This document shows, one piece after another, positions 1 to 9,298 of a stretch of 64,000 nucleotides of DNA (positions within the stretch are counted from its first letter, which is position 1; every line of letters starts with the position of its first letter). Source of the stretch: Colwellia sp. (lineage in GTDB: Bacteria > Pseudomonadota > Gammaproteobacteria > Enterobacterales > Alteromonadaceae); the NCBI RefSeq assembly GCF_013214175.1, contig NZ_JABSPA010000001.1, forward strand, positions 158,102 to 222,101. The letters run 5' to 3'. A program made the translations under genes and the position numbers. The notes beneath the pieces were generated by a model. That model was not told the DNA's origin. It saw nothing but the letters and a program-made list of their open reading frames with translations, and searched no databases.

Positions 1-2
1 TA

Positions 3-1289
3 GTTGATCAGCATTTTGATTTACCCGCTGATTTGTTAGCGCTATTAAAGAGATTTAGTAAAGCTATGTTAGCTGAAGATGTGCAGCTTTATTACCAAAT
101 AAGTCTTAATGGCCGCAAAGATTTACCTTATGCTTTTGATGAGCAAGCCGCTTTTGATATGACTTTATTGCGCTTACTTGCTTTTAAGCCAATGCAAAAG
201 TCTCAGCTTACCAATGATTCAGTTACCGGCAACAATAGCCTGGGCAATGACGCTAGTATCAATGAGGTTAACTTCGATGATGTTGAGCTGGTAAAAGCTA
301 AAGTGCCGACAAGTGCCGTTGATTTACCTCAAACTCCAGTTGTAGTAGCTCAACCTGAGCCTGAAGTTCAAGCGACTAACGTTGAGTCTGTTGCTAGCGC
401 GGACAATGTACAACAAGAGCAATTGCATGATGAAATGCTTGCTATCGAGCAACAAGCAGTCGAACTTAAAAATAATACCGGAAACTTTTCAAGTCAAGCT
501 CCGAGCCAACAAGTTGCGGCTCAAGTACCTGTTATCCCAGAGAAAGCGCCGGTTATTCCACAGCAAGTATCATCAATACCTACTAGCAGTGAACAAAAAA
601 TCCCAACACCGTTTAGTCCAAATGTGCAAGAAGGGCAACTTAGTATTGATAGTCCAGTAGCCTCTGTGCTCGCAACGAGGAATATGCTTCGTAGTCGAAA
701 GAAAGAGTTGGAGAAGCAAGCAAAAAAGCCAAGTGACGCAGCTCTGCGTCAGTCTAGTAACCTAGATAGTAATAAAAACAGCATTAGCGAAGCACCGGTT
801 GACTCACAAGTAGCAGCAACGGAAAGTGTTGTTATAGCGCCAGAGCCAGAAGTACCCTTTCATCAAGATAATATTGATCCTGCGAAAATAACAAAAGCGA
901 ATCAAGTTGATAAGTGGGCGCATATGATTGATTCTATGCAACTTACTGCGCGTATTCGGCAACTAGCGATTCATGCAACCATTAGTGAAGATTCGACTGA
1001 TGATAATTTAATTCTTAAGTTAGATCAGGCAACTCGGCATTTATATACCGAGGTCGCTCAACAACAGTTACAAAGCTATATTTGTCAGTTTCTATCTCGG
1101 CAAGTTACCGTTACCCTGGCTATTGTTGAAGAAACGGTAGCTGATCCTTATCAAATCCAAGTGCAAATTAATGACAAACGACTTGAGTATGCTAAGACTT
1201 TATTAAAAGAAGATGCTGTGGTTATCGCTTTACAAGACACTTTTCAAGCAAGTTTAAATGAAGAGAGTATCTCGCCACGGGAAAGTTAA
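3..1289 (+). CDS. dnaX: DNA polymerase III subunit gamma/tau, C-terminal part (5'-truncated by window edge)
   Basis: Frame is open from position 3. Domain III end (QLYYQISLNGRKDLPYA...FDMTLLRLLAF), low-complexity linker and tau domain V (RQLAIHA...DPYQ). Lies directly upstream of ybaB. Confidence 0.93.
   Translation, partial: VDQHFDLPADLLALLKRFSKAMLAEDVQLYYQISLNGRKDLPYAFDEQAAFDMTLLRLLAFKPMQKSQLTNDSVTGNNSLGNDASINEVNFDDVELVKAKVPTSAVDLPQTPVVVAQPEPEVQATNVESVASADNVQQEQLHDEMLAIEQQAVELKNNTGNFSSQAPSQQVAAQVPVIPEKAPVIPQQVSSIPTSSEQKIPTPFSPNVQEGQLSIDSPVASVLATRNMLRSRKKELEKQAKKPSDAALRQSSNLDSNKNSISEAPVDSQVAATESVVIAPEPEVPFHQDNIDPAKITKANQVDKWAHMIDSMQLTARIRQLAIHATISEDSTDDNLILKLDQATRHLYTEVAQQQLQSYICQFLSRQVTVTLAIVEETVADPYQIQVQINDKRLEYAKTLLKEDAVVIALQDTFQASLNEESISPRES
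710..751 (+). promoter_or_regulatory. dnaX -1 programmed ribosomal frameshift signal
   Basis: SD-like GGAG 710-713, slippery A-AAA-AAG 722-728 (GCA AAA AAG), hairpin TGACGCA-GCTC-TGCGTCA 734-751, and a -1-frame TGA at 734-736. Confidence 0.8.
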
Positions 1290-1422
1290 TTTTTCTCTTT
1301 GAAATGGGCAATGTTCTAACGGAATAAATTCATTTCATTTACGTTCAAAACTTGCTGTCTTTCAGGTAAAATAGCACAATCAAAGTATAAAATAGACAAC
1401 CTAGCAATATTGGAGAAAGAAC

Positions 1423-1749
1423 ATGATGAAAGGCGGAATGGGCAACTTAATGAAGCAAGCCCAACAAATGCAGGCCAAAATGGCTAAAGCTCAAGAAGAG
1501 CTGGCAAAAATGGAAGTTGTTGGTGAAGCCGGTGCTGGCATGGTTAAAGTAACTATGACTGGTAGCCACAGTGTGCGTCGTGTTGAGCTTGATGACAGCT
1601 TAATGGATGATGATAAAGACATGATTGAAGATTTACTTGCTGCTGCAGTAAATGATGCAGTACGTCGTGTTGAAGAGCAGAACAAAGATAAAATGGGCGC
1701 ACTTACTGGCGGTATGCAATTACCACCAGGTATGAAAATGCCGTTTTAG
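1423..1749 (+). CDS. ybaB: YbaB/EbfC nucleoid-associated protein
   Basis: [17 protein letters not shown]...EAGAGMVKV...[11 protein letters not shown]; follows dnaX. Confidence 0.96.
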   Translation: MMKGGMGNLMKQAQQMQAKMAKAQEELAKMEVVGEAGAGMVKVTMTGSHSVRRVELDDSLMDDDKDMIEDLLAAAVNDAVRRVEEQNKDKMGALTGGMQLPPGMKMPF

Positions 1750-1778
1750 GCTGCTTCTCTAAGCTAGCTCTTAAATAT

Positions 1779-1807
1779 AAAAGCTCAAGCATTGCTTGAG
1801 CTTTTTT
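1779..1807. terminator. Bidirectional intrinsic terminator between ybaB and glk
   Basis: AAAAGCTCAAGC-ATT-GCTTGAGCTTTT with flanking A and T tracts, between convergent genes. Confidence 0.8.
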
Positions 1808-1830
1808 GTTTTTGGCAATGCTTTTTTTTG

Positions 1831-2820
1831 TTATTGGCAAACTTGATGAAGATAAGCCGCCGCCCCGATTAAACCCGGCTGGCTTTCAGTAATAACGTAA
1901 GTAGGCGTTTGTTGGTTTAAATGAGACATACGACCTTTAGTTTCAAAGCGTGTTCTAAACTCGCTGTCTTTAACATAGTCAATAAACCTCGGCACGATAC
2001 CGCCAGCAATATAAACACCACCAAGAGAGGCTGTTGTTAAAGCGAGATTACCAGCAAAACTACCCAGTACTTTACAAAATTGAGCTAAGGCTTGCTGACA
2101 CAATGGACAGCTGCCATTTATAGCCTGTGCACTAATATCTTTCGCCGTTAACTTAGTTTCAGAGGGCGTTGATAAATCTTCACTTTTGATAACTACTAAT
2201 GCCTGATATATTTGCTCTAAGCCATAGCCAGAAAGTAGTTGTTCATAGGATACTCGTTTCTTAAACGTTTTTAAGTATTGCAATATTTGAATATCAAGCT
2301 CATCAACAGGGGCAAAATCAATATGACCGCCTTCGCCACTCAAACAATGCCAATTGTTATTGACAGGGATTAAGTTAGCAACGCCCAAGCCTGTTCCTGG
2401 TCCACAAACGGCAATAGGTTTATTTGCTATAGGTTCACCGCCACCAATCTTTACTTTTTGTCCATCTGTTAACATGGGGATCGCCATTGCAATAGCGGTG
2501 TAATCATTGATTAGCATTAATTTGTTAAGCTTTAACTCAGCTTTAAGTTCTTTTTGAGAGAACTGCCAAGGTAAATTGGTCATCGAAATTAAATCATCAT
2601 CAGCTGGACAAGCTATTGCCAGACAAGCATTGATACTGGCATTAGTCAGTTTTTTTTCTACTAGATAGTTGCGAATAACATCAATCAAACTTGGGAATTG
2701 TGCACATTGATAGCAATTGATTTCTGTGATGTTATTATTTTCGGTAATCGCTAATCTGATATTGGTACCGCCAATATCAGCAACCAGATTAATTACTTGA
2801 GTATCTTGTGAGGTCATCAT
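1831..2820 (-). CDS. glk: Glucokinase (Glk family)
   Basis: LVADIGGTNIRLA, LINDYTAIA, GPGTGLG, EGGHIDF, GGVYIAGGI motifs. Confidence 0.95.
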   Translation of the reverse strand: MMTSQDTQVINLVADIGGTNIRLAITENNNITEINCYQCAQFPSLIDVIRNYLVEKKLTNASINACLAIACPADDDLISMTNLPWQFSQKELKAELKLNKLMLINDYTAIAMAIPMLTDGQKVKIGGGEPIANKPIAVCGPGTGLGVANLIPVNNNWHCLSGEGGHIDFAPVDELDIQILQYLKTFKKRVSYEQLLSGYGLEQIYQALVVIKSEDLSTPSETKLTAKDISAQAINGSCPLCQQALAQFCKVLGSFAGNLALTTASLGGVYIAGGIVPRFIDYVKDSEFRTRFETKGRMSHLNQQTPTYVITESQPGLIGAAAYLHQVCQ

Positions 2821-2877
2821 CTTTTGTGTTACTTCTCGTTCAAAGGTATTTGTTTTTCAACTGGATCAGCAACTAGG

Positions 2878-3879
2878 CTAGGTTTTGTTAATAAGGGAAT
2901 CTCTGGTAATAAGCGTCGGTTCAAAAGAATGGGTAATTGACATATCCTTTTGTTTATAAATGTTTTTCAATACTAACTTTGCCGCCATATGGCCCATTAA
3001 ATTTACCGGATTATCTATTGTGGTCAGTTTAGGGTAGGTATGTCGTGCAAAAATAATATTATCAAAGCCTATTATTGATAGATCTTTAGGTAAGGACAGC
3101 CCTTGCTCTCTGCCATAAGTTATTGCACCCGAAGCCATCTCATCATTGGCACAAACTAAGGCGCTAAACTTCTGTTTACTATCAATGAAATATTTTAAGC
3201 CGTCACTACCACCGGTTTCTTTAAAGTCACCTTCAAAATATAGTGTGTCACTAAACGCTATATTATTATCCGCAAGTGCTCGTTTGTGACCAGCTAATCG
3301 GTCTTTTGAATCGGCTTTAAATTGTGGCCCGGCGATATAGGCAATAGCTGAGTGCCCTTGCTCTAATACTGACTGGGTTGCTAAGTAGCCGCCTAATTCA
3401 TTATCTAAGCTAATGCAGTTGTCATTTAAACCTTCAACTAATCGACTCATGAAATAAATAGGCATTTTTCCTTTGCATAAATCAATAAGGTAAGCATCAC
3501 TGACTGCCTCGACGTGTAAGATAATGGCATCACAATTTCGGCTGATCAGAAACTCAATGCCGTCCTTTTCTTTATCTTCTTCACTGTGGCCTGTGGTAAT
3601 AATTACATGTTTGCCAGCGACTCTTAATTCAGATTCTATGCCTGCCATCATTTGACCAAAGAAGGGGCCATGTAATTCTGAAACTAATATGCCAACACTA
3701 TTGCTTCTATTGGATGCTAATGATTGCGCAATAGAATTAGGGCGATAGCCTAACTCTTTCATGGCATCCTGAACTTTTTGGCGTGTTTTATCGCTGACTC
3801 GAGAGTTTTTATTTATCACCCGAGAAACGGTTGCTAAAGAAACCCCCGCCAGTTTTGAAACTTCGTATATAGTCGCCAT
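2878..3879 (-). CDS. LacI-family transcriptional regulator (probable repressor of the sugar locus)
   Basis: N-terminal HTH TIYEVSKLAGVSLATVSRVIN, YRPNSIAQSL hinge, periplasmic-binding-type core. Confidence 0.93.
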   Translation of the reverse strand: MATIYEVSKLAGVSLATVSRVINKNSRVSDKTRQKVQDAMKELGYRPNSIAQSLASNRSNSVGILVSELHGPFFGQMMAGIESELRVAGKHVIITTGHSEEDKEKDGIEFLISRNCDAIILHVEAVSDAYLIDLCKGKMPIYFMSRLVEGLNDNCISLDNELGGYLATQSVLEQGHSAIAYIAGPQFKADSKDRLAGHKRALADNNIAFSDTLYFEGDFKETGGSDGLKYFIDSKQKFSALVCANDEMASGAITYGREQGLSLPKDLSIIGFDNIIFARHTYPKLTTIDNPVNLMGHMAAKLVLKNIYKQKDMSITHSFEPTLITRDSLINKT

Positions 3880-3956
3880 GTTATTCCTAAGTTGCGCAAT
3901 GTTGTGGTAAATACTTTGAATTCTAACGATAAAATTCTAACATGTTTGCCGATATG

Positions 3957-4253
3957 TTAACTAGTAGCAGTAGTTAATTGTGCTTGTATTCTAACTACTT
4001 TCTGTTTATTAAGGTGTATTTGCGCATTACCTAAGCAACAGTAAATGAGCCTAACGCCGGTAACACAGTAAAAGATAATATTATCCCTTGTTTGGTGGCT
4101 TCTGTTTGAGCAACATCTGCCTGGTAGTTCTAGAATGCTAATAACCAGCCAGCGCGCCGCCAATAGTAACGAAAAACATCATTACCGTTTGAAAGATGAT
4201 ATTACTGGCGGTATTGCCTAAGCCATAGGCTATTTTTCTCTAACACTAATCAT
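3957..4253 (-). pseudogene. Collapsed remnant of a GPH-family (MelB-like) sugar:cation symporter
   Basis: Minus strand across frameshifts reads MISVREK/IAYGLGNTASNIIFQTVMMFF, joined directly to C-terminal GPH sequence IGGALAG..LLAF..YQADVAQTEATKQGIILSFTVLPALGSF...LNKQKVVRIQAQL*. Roughly 1 kb of the interior is missing. Confidence 0.85.
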
Positions 4254-4328
4254 TGTTACAAAGCTCACTTGTCTTCGCAGTAATTATTAACAAGGCACTT
4301 TATGTTTTAGTTACCCTGTTGGAAATTA

Positions 4329-5864
4329 TTAAGCCGTTACTAATTCTGCTCTACGTTGTATTAGTTCATTACCTATTTGTTGATTTTGTTTACAGCTTAA
4401 TGGGTAGAACATCATTAATGCTGCGCCGGCAAAAGCAAAGGCAGCGGGTATCCAACTCATCAGTAATTGCATGCCGGGCAAAGAGGCTTCGATAGTGGCT
4501 TTGTCCATACCGTCATAACCATAGCTAGCAAGAACAACTAAGACCAGTGCGCCTGCAAAACCACCACCGGTTTTTTGCACAAATGTACCCGCAGAATAGA
4601 TGAGGCCAGTTGCTCGGCGACCATTTTTCCATTCAGAGAAGTCAGCAGAGTCGCCTAACATAGTAAAAAATAACGTTGGCATCATGGCGGCAAAGAATTC
4701 AGCACTACAACCTAATATGAAAATAGCACTGATATTGCCCTGAGGTACCCAATAGAAAGCGGCGGTTAATAAACCGCTAAGCATGAGTGCGACAATAAAT
4801 AATCTGCGCTTACCTAACAGTTTTGATAAATAACCAGTACATAAGGCGCCTAAAATTGACACAAGTAATAGTGCGATGAAGTACTTACCAATCATCAGTT
4901 CATCGCCCACTTGATATTTGAAATAATAAGCAATTGTGCCGTATTTTATGCCGTTAAACATCATGGTTAAAAAGCCAATACCTAAGAGTATCAACCAAGG
5001 TTTATTGGTAAGTAGGTCAACCATATCTCTTTGAGTACCACTCATATCCTCAGAAGTATTGTTGATTAAACGCTTAATCAACAGCCACATAGAAGTCATG
5101 ATGATGACAAAGAATATGCCACTATAAATATCGCGATAATAGAAAAACAAGCTCATGGCTAATAAAGGCAAAATGATAAAAGGTAAGTTCTTACTTAAAT
5201 CAAATAGCTCTGTTTTTAAATTGCTTGATTCATCAACGACTGTTGTTACCCGTTCTTTGGTTGTGGCAAAAGTTATCACCATAAGGGCGATTAAAATACC
5301 GGCAAACATGTACATACTATATTGATAGCCTAAGGCATCATTGCCGTCGCCAAAATAGGCAACCAAGTCAGGTAAGAAACCCATCACTAGTAAACCACCA
5401 GCAAAAGCGCCAGCAAAGCGAAAGCCAGATAAACTAGTGCGCTCAGTGTCGCTTGCTGTCATTACGCCCATTAAAGCGGAGTAGGGCACATTATTTACCG
5501 TGTAGGCAAGGGTTAGACCTATATAGGTTACATAAGCGTAAATGAGTTTATTACTATCAGATAAATCAGGGGTGGTGAAACATAACACCATAAATAAGGC
5601 TAAAAAGGGCGTTGACCATAAAATCCATGGGCGAAACTTACCCCAGCGAGTATTGGTACGATCGGCAATCATGCCCATAATGATATCGGTAACGCCATCA
5701 GATAAACGCACCACTAAAAATAGCATGGCGGCTGCTGCCGCGGTTAAACCAAAAGTGTCAGTATAAAACACGGCTAAGTAAGCTAAAGCGCCGCGCCACA
5801 CTAGATTAGCTGCAGCGTCGCCCGTGGCGTAACCTACTTTTTCATAAAAGGGAATTTTAGTCAT
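4329..5864 (-). CDS. GPH-family (MFS) glycoside:cation symporter
   Basis: YEKVGYATGDAAANL, DRTNTRWGKFRPW, EWKNGRRATG motifs; many TM segments. Confidence 0.92.
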   Translation of the reverse strand: MTKIPFYEKVGYATGDAAANLVWRGALAYLAVFYTDTFGLTAAAAAMLFLVVRLSDGVTDIIMGMIADRTNTRWGKFRPWILWSTPFLALFMVLCFTTPDLSDSNKLIYAYVTYIGLTLAYTVNNVPYSALMGVMTASDTERTSLSGFRFAGAFAGGLLVMGFLPDLVAYFGDGNDALGYQYSMYMFAGILIALMVITFATTKERVTTVVDESSNLKTELFDLSKNLPFIILPLLAMSLFFYYRDIYSGIFFVIIMTSMWLLIKRLINNTSEDMSGTQRDMVDLLTNKPWLILLGIGFLTMMFNGIKYGTIAYYFKYQVGDELMIGKYFIALLLVSILGALCTGYLSKLLGKRRLFIVALMLSGLLTAAFYWVPQGNISAIFILGCSAEFFAAMMPTLFFTMLGDSADFSEWKNGRRATGLIYSAGTFVQKTGGGFAGALVLVVLASYGYDGMDKATIEASLPGMQLLMSWIPAAFAFAGAALMMFYPLSCKQNQQIGNELIQRRAELVTA

Positions 5865-5922
5865 TTGCTGTTCCTATCCTTTAGCTACAATGCTTAGCTG
5901 AAATGTTTAGTCTATCTATTCG

Positions 5923-7254
5923 TTATCTATTACTTATTAGGGCTTTATAGGCAAGGCCGCTAGCTTTAACTGTTCTTAGTTGCGACTCGTAATCGACATA
6001 AACAATGCCAAAGCGTTTTAAATAACCTTCAGCCCATTCAAAATTGTCCATTAAACTCCAGGCAAAATAGCCATCAACTTGTACGCCTTGCTCAATAGCG
6101 TCATGCACAGCATTAAGATGACTTTGGTAATAGTCTATTCTATCGGTATCATTTACAGCACCGTCGACAAGCTTATCAGCCATTGCCGCACCGTTTTCAG
6201 TGATGTAGATAGGAGGAAGTGTGAACTTTTCATTGAGTGATAGCAATAACTCGGTAAAGGCTTTTGGATAAATCTCCCAACCTATATCAGTCCTAGGCTC
6301 TGGAGCATCTATCTGTAAAAAATGCTCATCTGCATCGGCGCGATAAATTGCTCGAGTATAGAAATTCACGCCTAAAAAATTCATCGAGTGTGAGATTATT
6401 GTCATATCACCATCAAGAATTTCAGGTTGATGCTCTTTAGGTAATTGCGCCATTATTTCAGGATATTCACCGTCAAATAAAGGTTTGATATACCACTGAT
6501 TGAAATAATCATCAGCAAAAGCCGCTGCTTTTATATCTGCTAATGAATCAGACTCGGGGTAACAAGGAGTAAAGTTAAGTACTATGCCATTTAAGGTGTC
6601 AGGACTGTTTTTTTCCAATACTTGCATAGCTAAACCGTGCGCGAGTAATAAATGGTGGGCGGCTTTCTTGCCATATTGTTTACCAACAATGCCTGGAGCG
6701 TGAATGCCAGCTTCATAGCCTAAAAAGGCGCTACAGAAAGGTTCGTTCAGTGTCGCATAAGAATGAACTTTACCGGCGAATGCTTGGCTGATTTTATCGG
6801 CATATGCGGCAAATAAATAGGCAGTTTCTCTATTTAACCAGCCACCGTTATCTTCAAGGTGCTGTGGTAAATCCCAATGGTAGAGGGTAATAAACGCTTT
6901 GATATTACGGCGTTGTAGCTCATTTAATATATTAAGGTAAAAGTTAACACCATCTTGATTTAACTCACCAGATTCTGTGATGACTCGTGGCCATGATATT
7001 GATAAGCGATAAGCATCAACCCCTAACGATTCAATTAAATCAATGTCCTGCTGCCAATTGTTAAAGTGATCACAAGCGATATCGCCATTCGAGTTGTCTA
7101 CTACCTTACCCGGGGTATTGCAAAAGGTATCCCAGATACAAGGTAATCTGCTATTCGCTCCTCCCTCTATCTGAAAAGAAGCGGTGGCAACACCATAAAT
7201 GAAATCTTGTGATAACATTTTAGATTGAGCGGGTAGAGTAAGTTTAACAGTCAT
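5923..7254 (-). CDS. Cytoplasmic GH1 beta-glucosidase
   Basis: GVATASFQIEG, TLNEP (acid/base), YITENG (nucleophile), DNFEWAEG; no signal peptide. Confidence 0.95.
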   Translation of the reverse strand: MTVKLTLPAQSKMLSQDFIYGVATASFQIEGGANSRLPCIWDTFCNTPGKVVDNSNGDIACDHFNNWQQDIDLIESLGVDAYRLSISWPRVITESGELNQDGVNFYLNILNELQRRNIKAFITLYHWDLPQHLEDNGGWLNRETAYLFAAYADKISQAFAGKVHSYATLNEPFCSAFLGYEAGIHAPGIVGKQYGKKAAHHLLLAHGLAMQVLEKNSPDTLNGIVLNFTPCYPESDSLADIKAAAFADDYFNQWYIKPLFDGEYPEIMAQLPKEHQPEILDGDMTIISHSMNFLGVNFYTRAIYRADADEHFLQIDAPEPRTDIGWEIYPKAFTELLLSLNEKFTLPPIYITENGAAMADKLVDGAVNDTDRIDYYQSHLNAVHDAIEQGVQVDGYFAWSLMDNFEWAEGYLKRFGIVYVDYESQLRTVKASGLAYKALISNR

Positions 7255-7372
7255 TAACTTTATACCTATGTCTTTAAGCCAACTGAGTTTGGCGATTATC
7301 TTAATTTTATTTTTATCTAAGCAATTACATATGGAGTTGATAAAAACTCTAGTATGTTTATTAATGTAGCTA

Positions 7373-7386
7373 TGTAAGCGCTTACA
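7373..7386. promoter_or_regulatory. LacI-type operator 1, TGTAAGCGCTTACA
   Basis: Perfect 14-bp palindrome with central CG, upstream of the GH1 gene. Confidence 0.85.
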
Positions 7387-7808
7387 TTTAGATTAGTGTT
7401 TTCTTTGCTTAAGGTCAACATATTTTAGTTTGATTTAGCGGAATCATATCTAAGTGGCTGAAATATAGGTGGTTGTAGGTTTGTGGTGATGTCGTGATTC
7501 GGTAACCTATGGCTTCTAAATAACATCCTTCTTGTTTAATAATGTAACGATTAATCAAGATCCTAATGAAAGTGTTGCCATTAAGTAGTTATGCTTTATT
7601 ACCAAGCAAGCCGCTATTGATATGTACTATGTAAATTTTCCTCATAGCAGCCTTAATTATATAAGTCCTTTTAGCAATATAGCTTGCAAAAAATGCGCTT
7701 TTCAATTTTATTCTTTACTAACTTTAATAGAACTACGTACCTGATTTTTAATTATTCAAGGGATTTAAAAGCTTGAAAAATATTCCAAGGTAGTTTTAAA
7801 TACAAAAG

Positions 7809-7822
7809 TGAAAGCGCTTACA
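7809..7822. promoter_or_regulatory. LacI-type operator 2, TGAAAGCGCTTACA
   Basis: One mismatch to the palindrome, ~40 bp upstream of the glucose/galactose permease. Confidence 0.75.
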
Positions 7823-7864
7823 TTGTGAGTGCTTTATTATTTTTAAATATAATTAGGGGACATT

Positions 7865-9127
7865 ATGGCTTCATTGTCAAACACTGGTATCTCACAACAT
7901 ATGACTGATGCGACACAAGGCGCCGACTATCGCTTTGCACTAACATCATTAACTTCGTTATTTTTTATGTGGGGCTTTATTACTTGTTTAAATGATATTT
8001 TGATCCCGCATTTAAAAGGTGTTTTTGATTTATCCTACAGTCAGGCCATGTTAGTTCAGTTTTGTTTCTTTGGTGCTTACTTTCTTGTCTCACTGCCTGC
8101 AGGCGCAATAGTTAAAAAGCTGGGTTATCAAAAAGGTATTGCTTTAGGACTAGTGATAGCAGCCGTTGGTTGCTTATGTTTTTATCCAGCAGCCTCTATG
8201 CACAGCTACCCGGTTTTTTTGATGGCATTATTTATACTTGCCAGTGGCATTACCTTATTGCAAGTATCAGCTAATCCATACGTCAGTATGTTAGGCGATG
8301 CTAAAACGGCTTCATCTCGTTTAACTATGACACAAGCTTTTAATGCCTTAGGTACTACTGTCGCGCCATTCTTTGGCGCCTTGTTGATTTTAAATGAAGC
8401 AGCGGATGCACTATCTGCCCAAGCGTCAGCAGAAGCAGTACAAATGCCTTATGTTTTTCTCGCTGCCATGTTATTGGGGCTTGCCGCTATTTTTTCTTGG
8501 TTAAAATTACCTAACTTATCTCCAGTTGAAGAAGGTGAGAAAGCTCAGGATGAAGATGATGGTAGTGCGTGGCAATATCGTCACTTGGTACTTGGCGCTG
8601 TTGGTATCTTCGTTTATGTGGGTGCTGAAGTTGCCATTGGTAGCTTTTTAGTTAGTTTCTTCGCTGATCCTAATATTGCCGGTCTAGAAGAGTCACAAGC
8701 GGCAAAGTATATTGCCTATTATTGGGGCGGCGCCATGGTGGGTCGTTTTATCGGTGCAGCAGTTATGCAAAAAATTTCGGCGGGTAAAGCGCTGTGCTTT
8801 AACGCCGCACTGGCCGTTATCTTAATTTTAGTGGCTGTATTCTCATCTGGCACGCTTGCCATGGTGGCAATTTTACTGGTTGGCTTATGTAATTCAATTA
8901 TGTTCCCAACAATTTTTAGTTTAGCCATTCAAGGCTTAGGTAAACATACCAGCCAAGCTTCAGGTATTCTATGTTTAGCCATTGTTGGTGGTGCCATTAT
9001 TCCACTTTTTCAAGGATTATTAGCTGACAGTGTTGGCGTGCAGTCAGCATTTATCTTACCTATATTTTGTTATTTCTTTATTGCTTATTACGGTCTGTCT
9101 GGCAGTAAACCAAGCGTAACAGCTTAA
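7865..9127 (+). CDS. gluP: Glucose/galactose MFS permease (FucP/GluP family)
   Basis: [45 protein letters not shown] motifs. Confidence 0.88.
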   Translation: MASLSNTGISQHMTDATQGADYRFALTSLTSLFFMWGFITCLNDILIPHLKGVFDLSYSQAMLVQFCFFGAYFLVSLPAGAIVKKLGYQKGIALGLVIAAVGCLCFYPAASMHSYPVFLMALFILASGITLLQVSANPYVSMLGDAKTASSRLTMTQAFNALGTTVAPFFGALLILNEAADALSAQASAEAVQMPYVFLAAMLLGLAAIFSWLKLPNLSPVEEGEKAQDEDDGSAWQYRHLVLGAVGIFVYVGAEVAIGSFLVSFFADPNIAGLEESQAAKYIAYYWGGAMVGRFIGAAVMQKISAGKALCFNAALAVILILVAVFSSGTLAMVAILLVGLCNSIMFPTIFSLAIQGLGKHTSQASGILCLAIVGGAIIPLFQGLLADSVGVQSAFILPIFCYFFIAYYGLSGSKPSVTA

Positions 9128-9185
9128 ACTTTAAGAAAAGTGTTGTTGGGGGGCCTAGCGGCTTTTTATTCAAACGATTTTATTG

Positions 9186-9222
9186 AAAAAGCTACACTGA
9201 ACATAATCAGTGTAGCTTTTTT
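9186..9222. terminator. Bidirectional intrinsic terminator
   Basis: AAAAAGCTACACTGA-acataa-TCAGTGTAGCTTTTT between convergent genes. Confidence 0.8.
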
Positions 9223-9298
9223 GTAATCGTTGTTTGGACTAGGGCAAGGGTATATTCTCTTTAGCGCTGAATTGGTAAATAGTATGTTTATAATTGAC

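Noticed and set aside
3957-4163. 68-aa ORF in the track as a real gene
   Set aside because: Mostly an off-frame reading of the permease pseudogene; only its last ~18 codons are in the ancestral frame.
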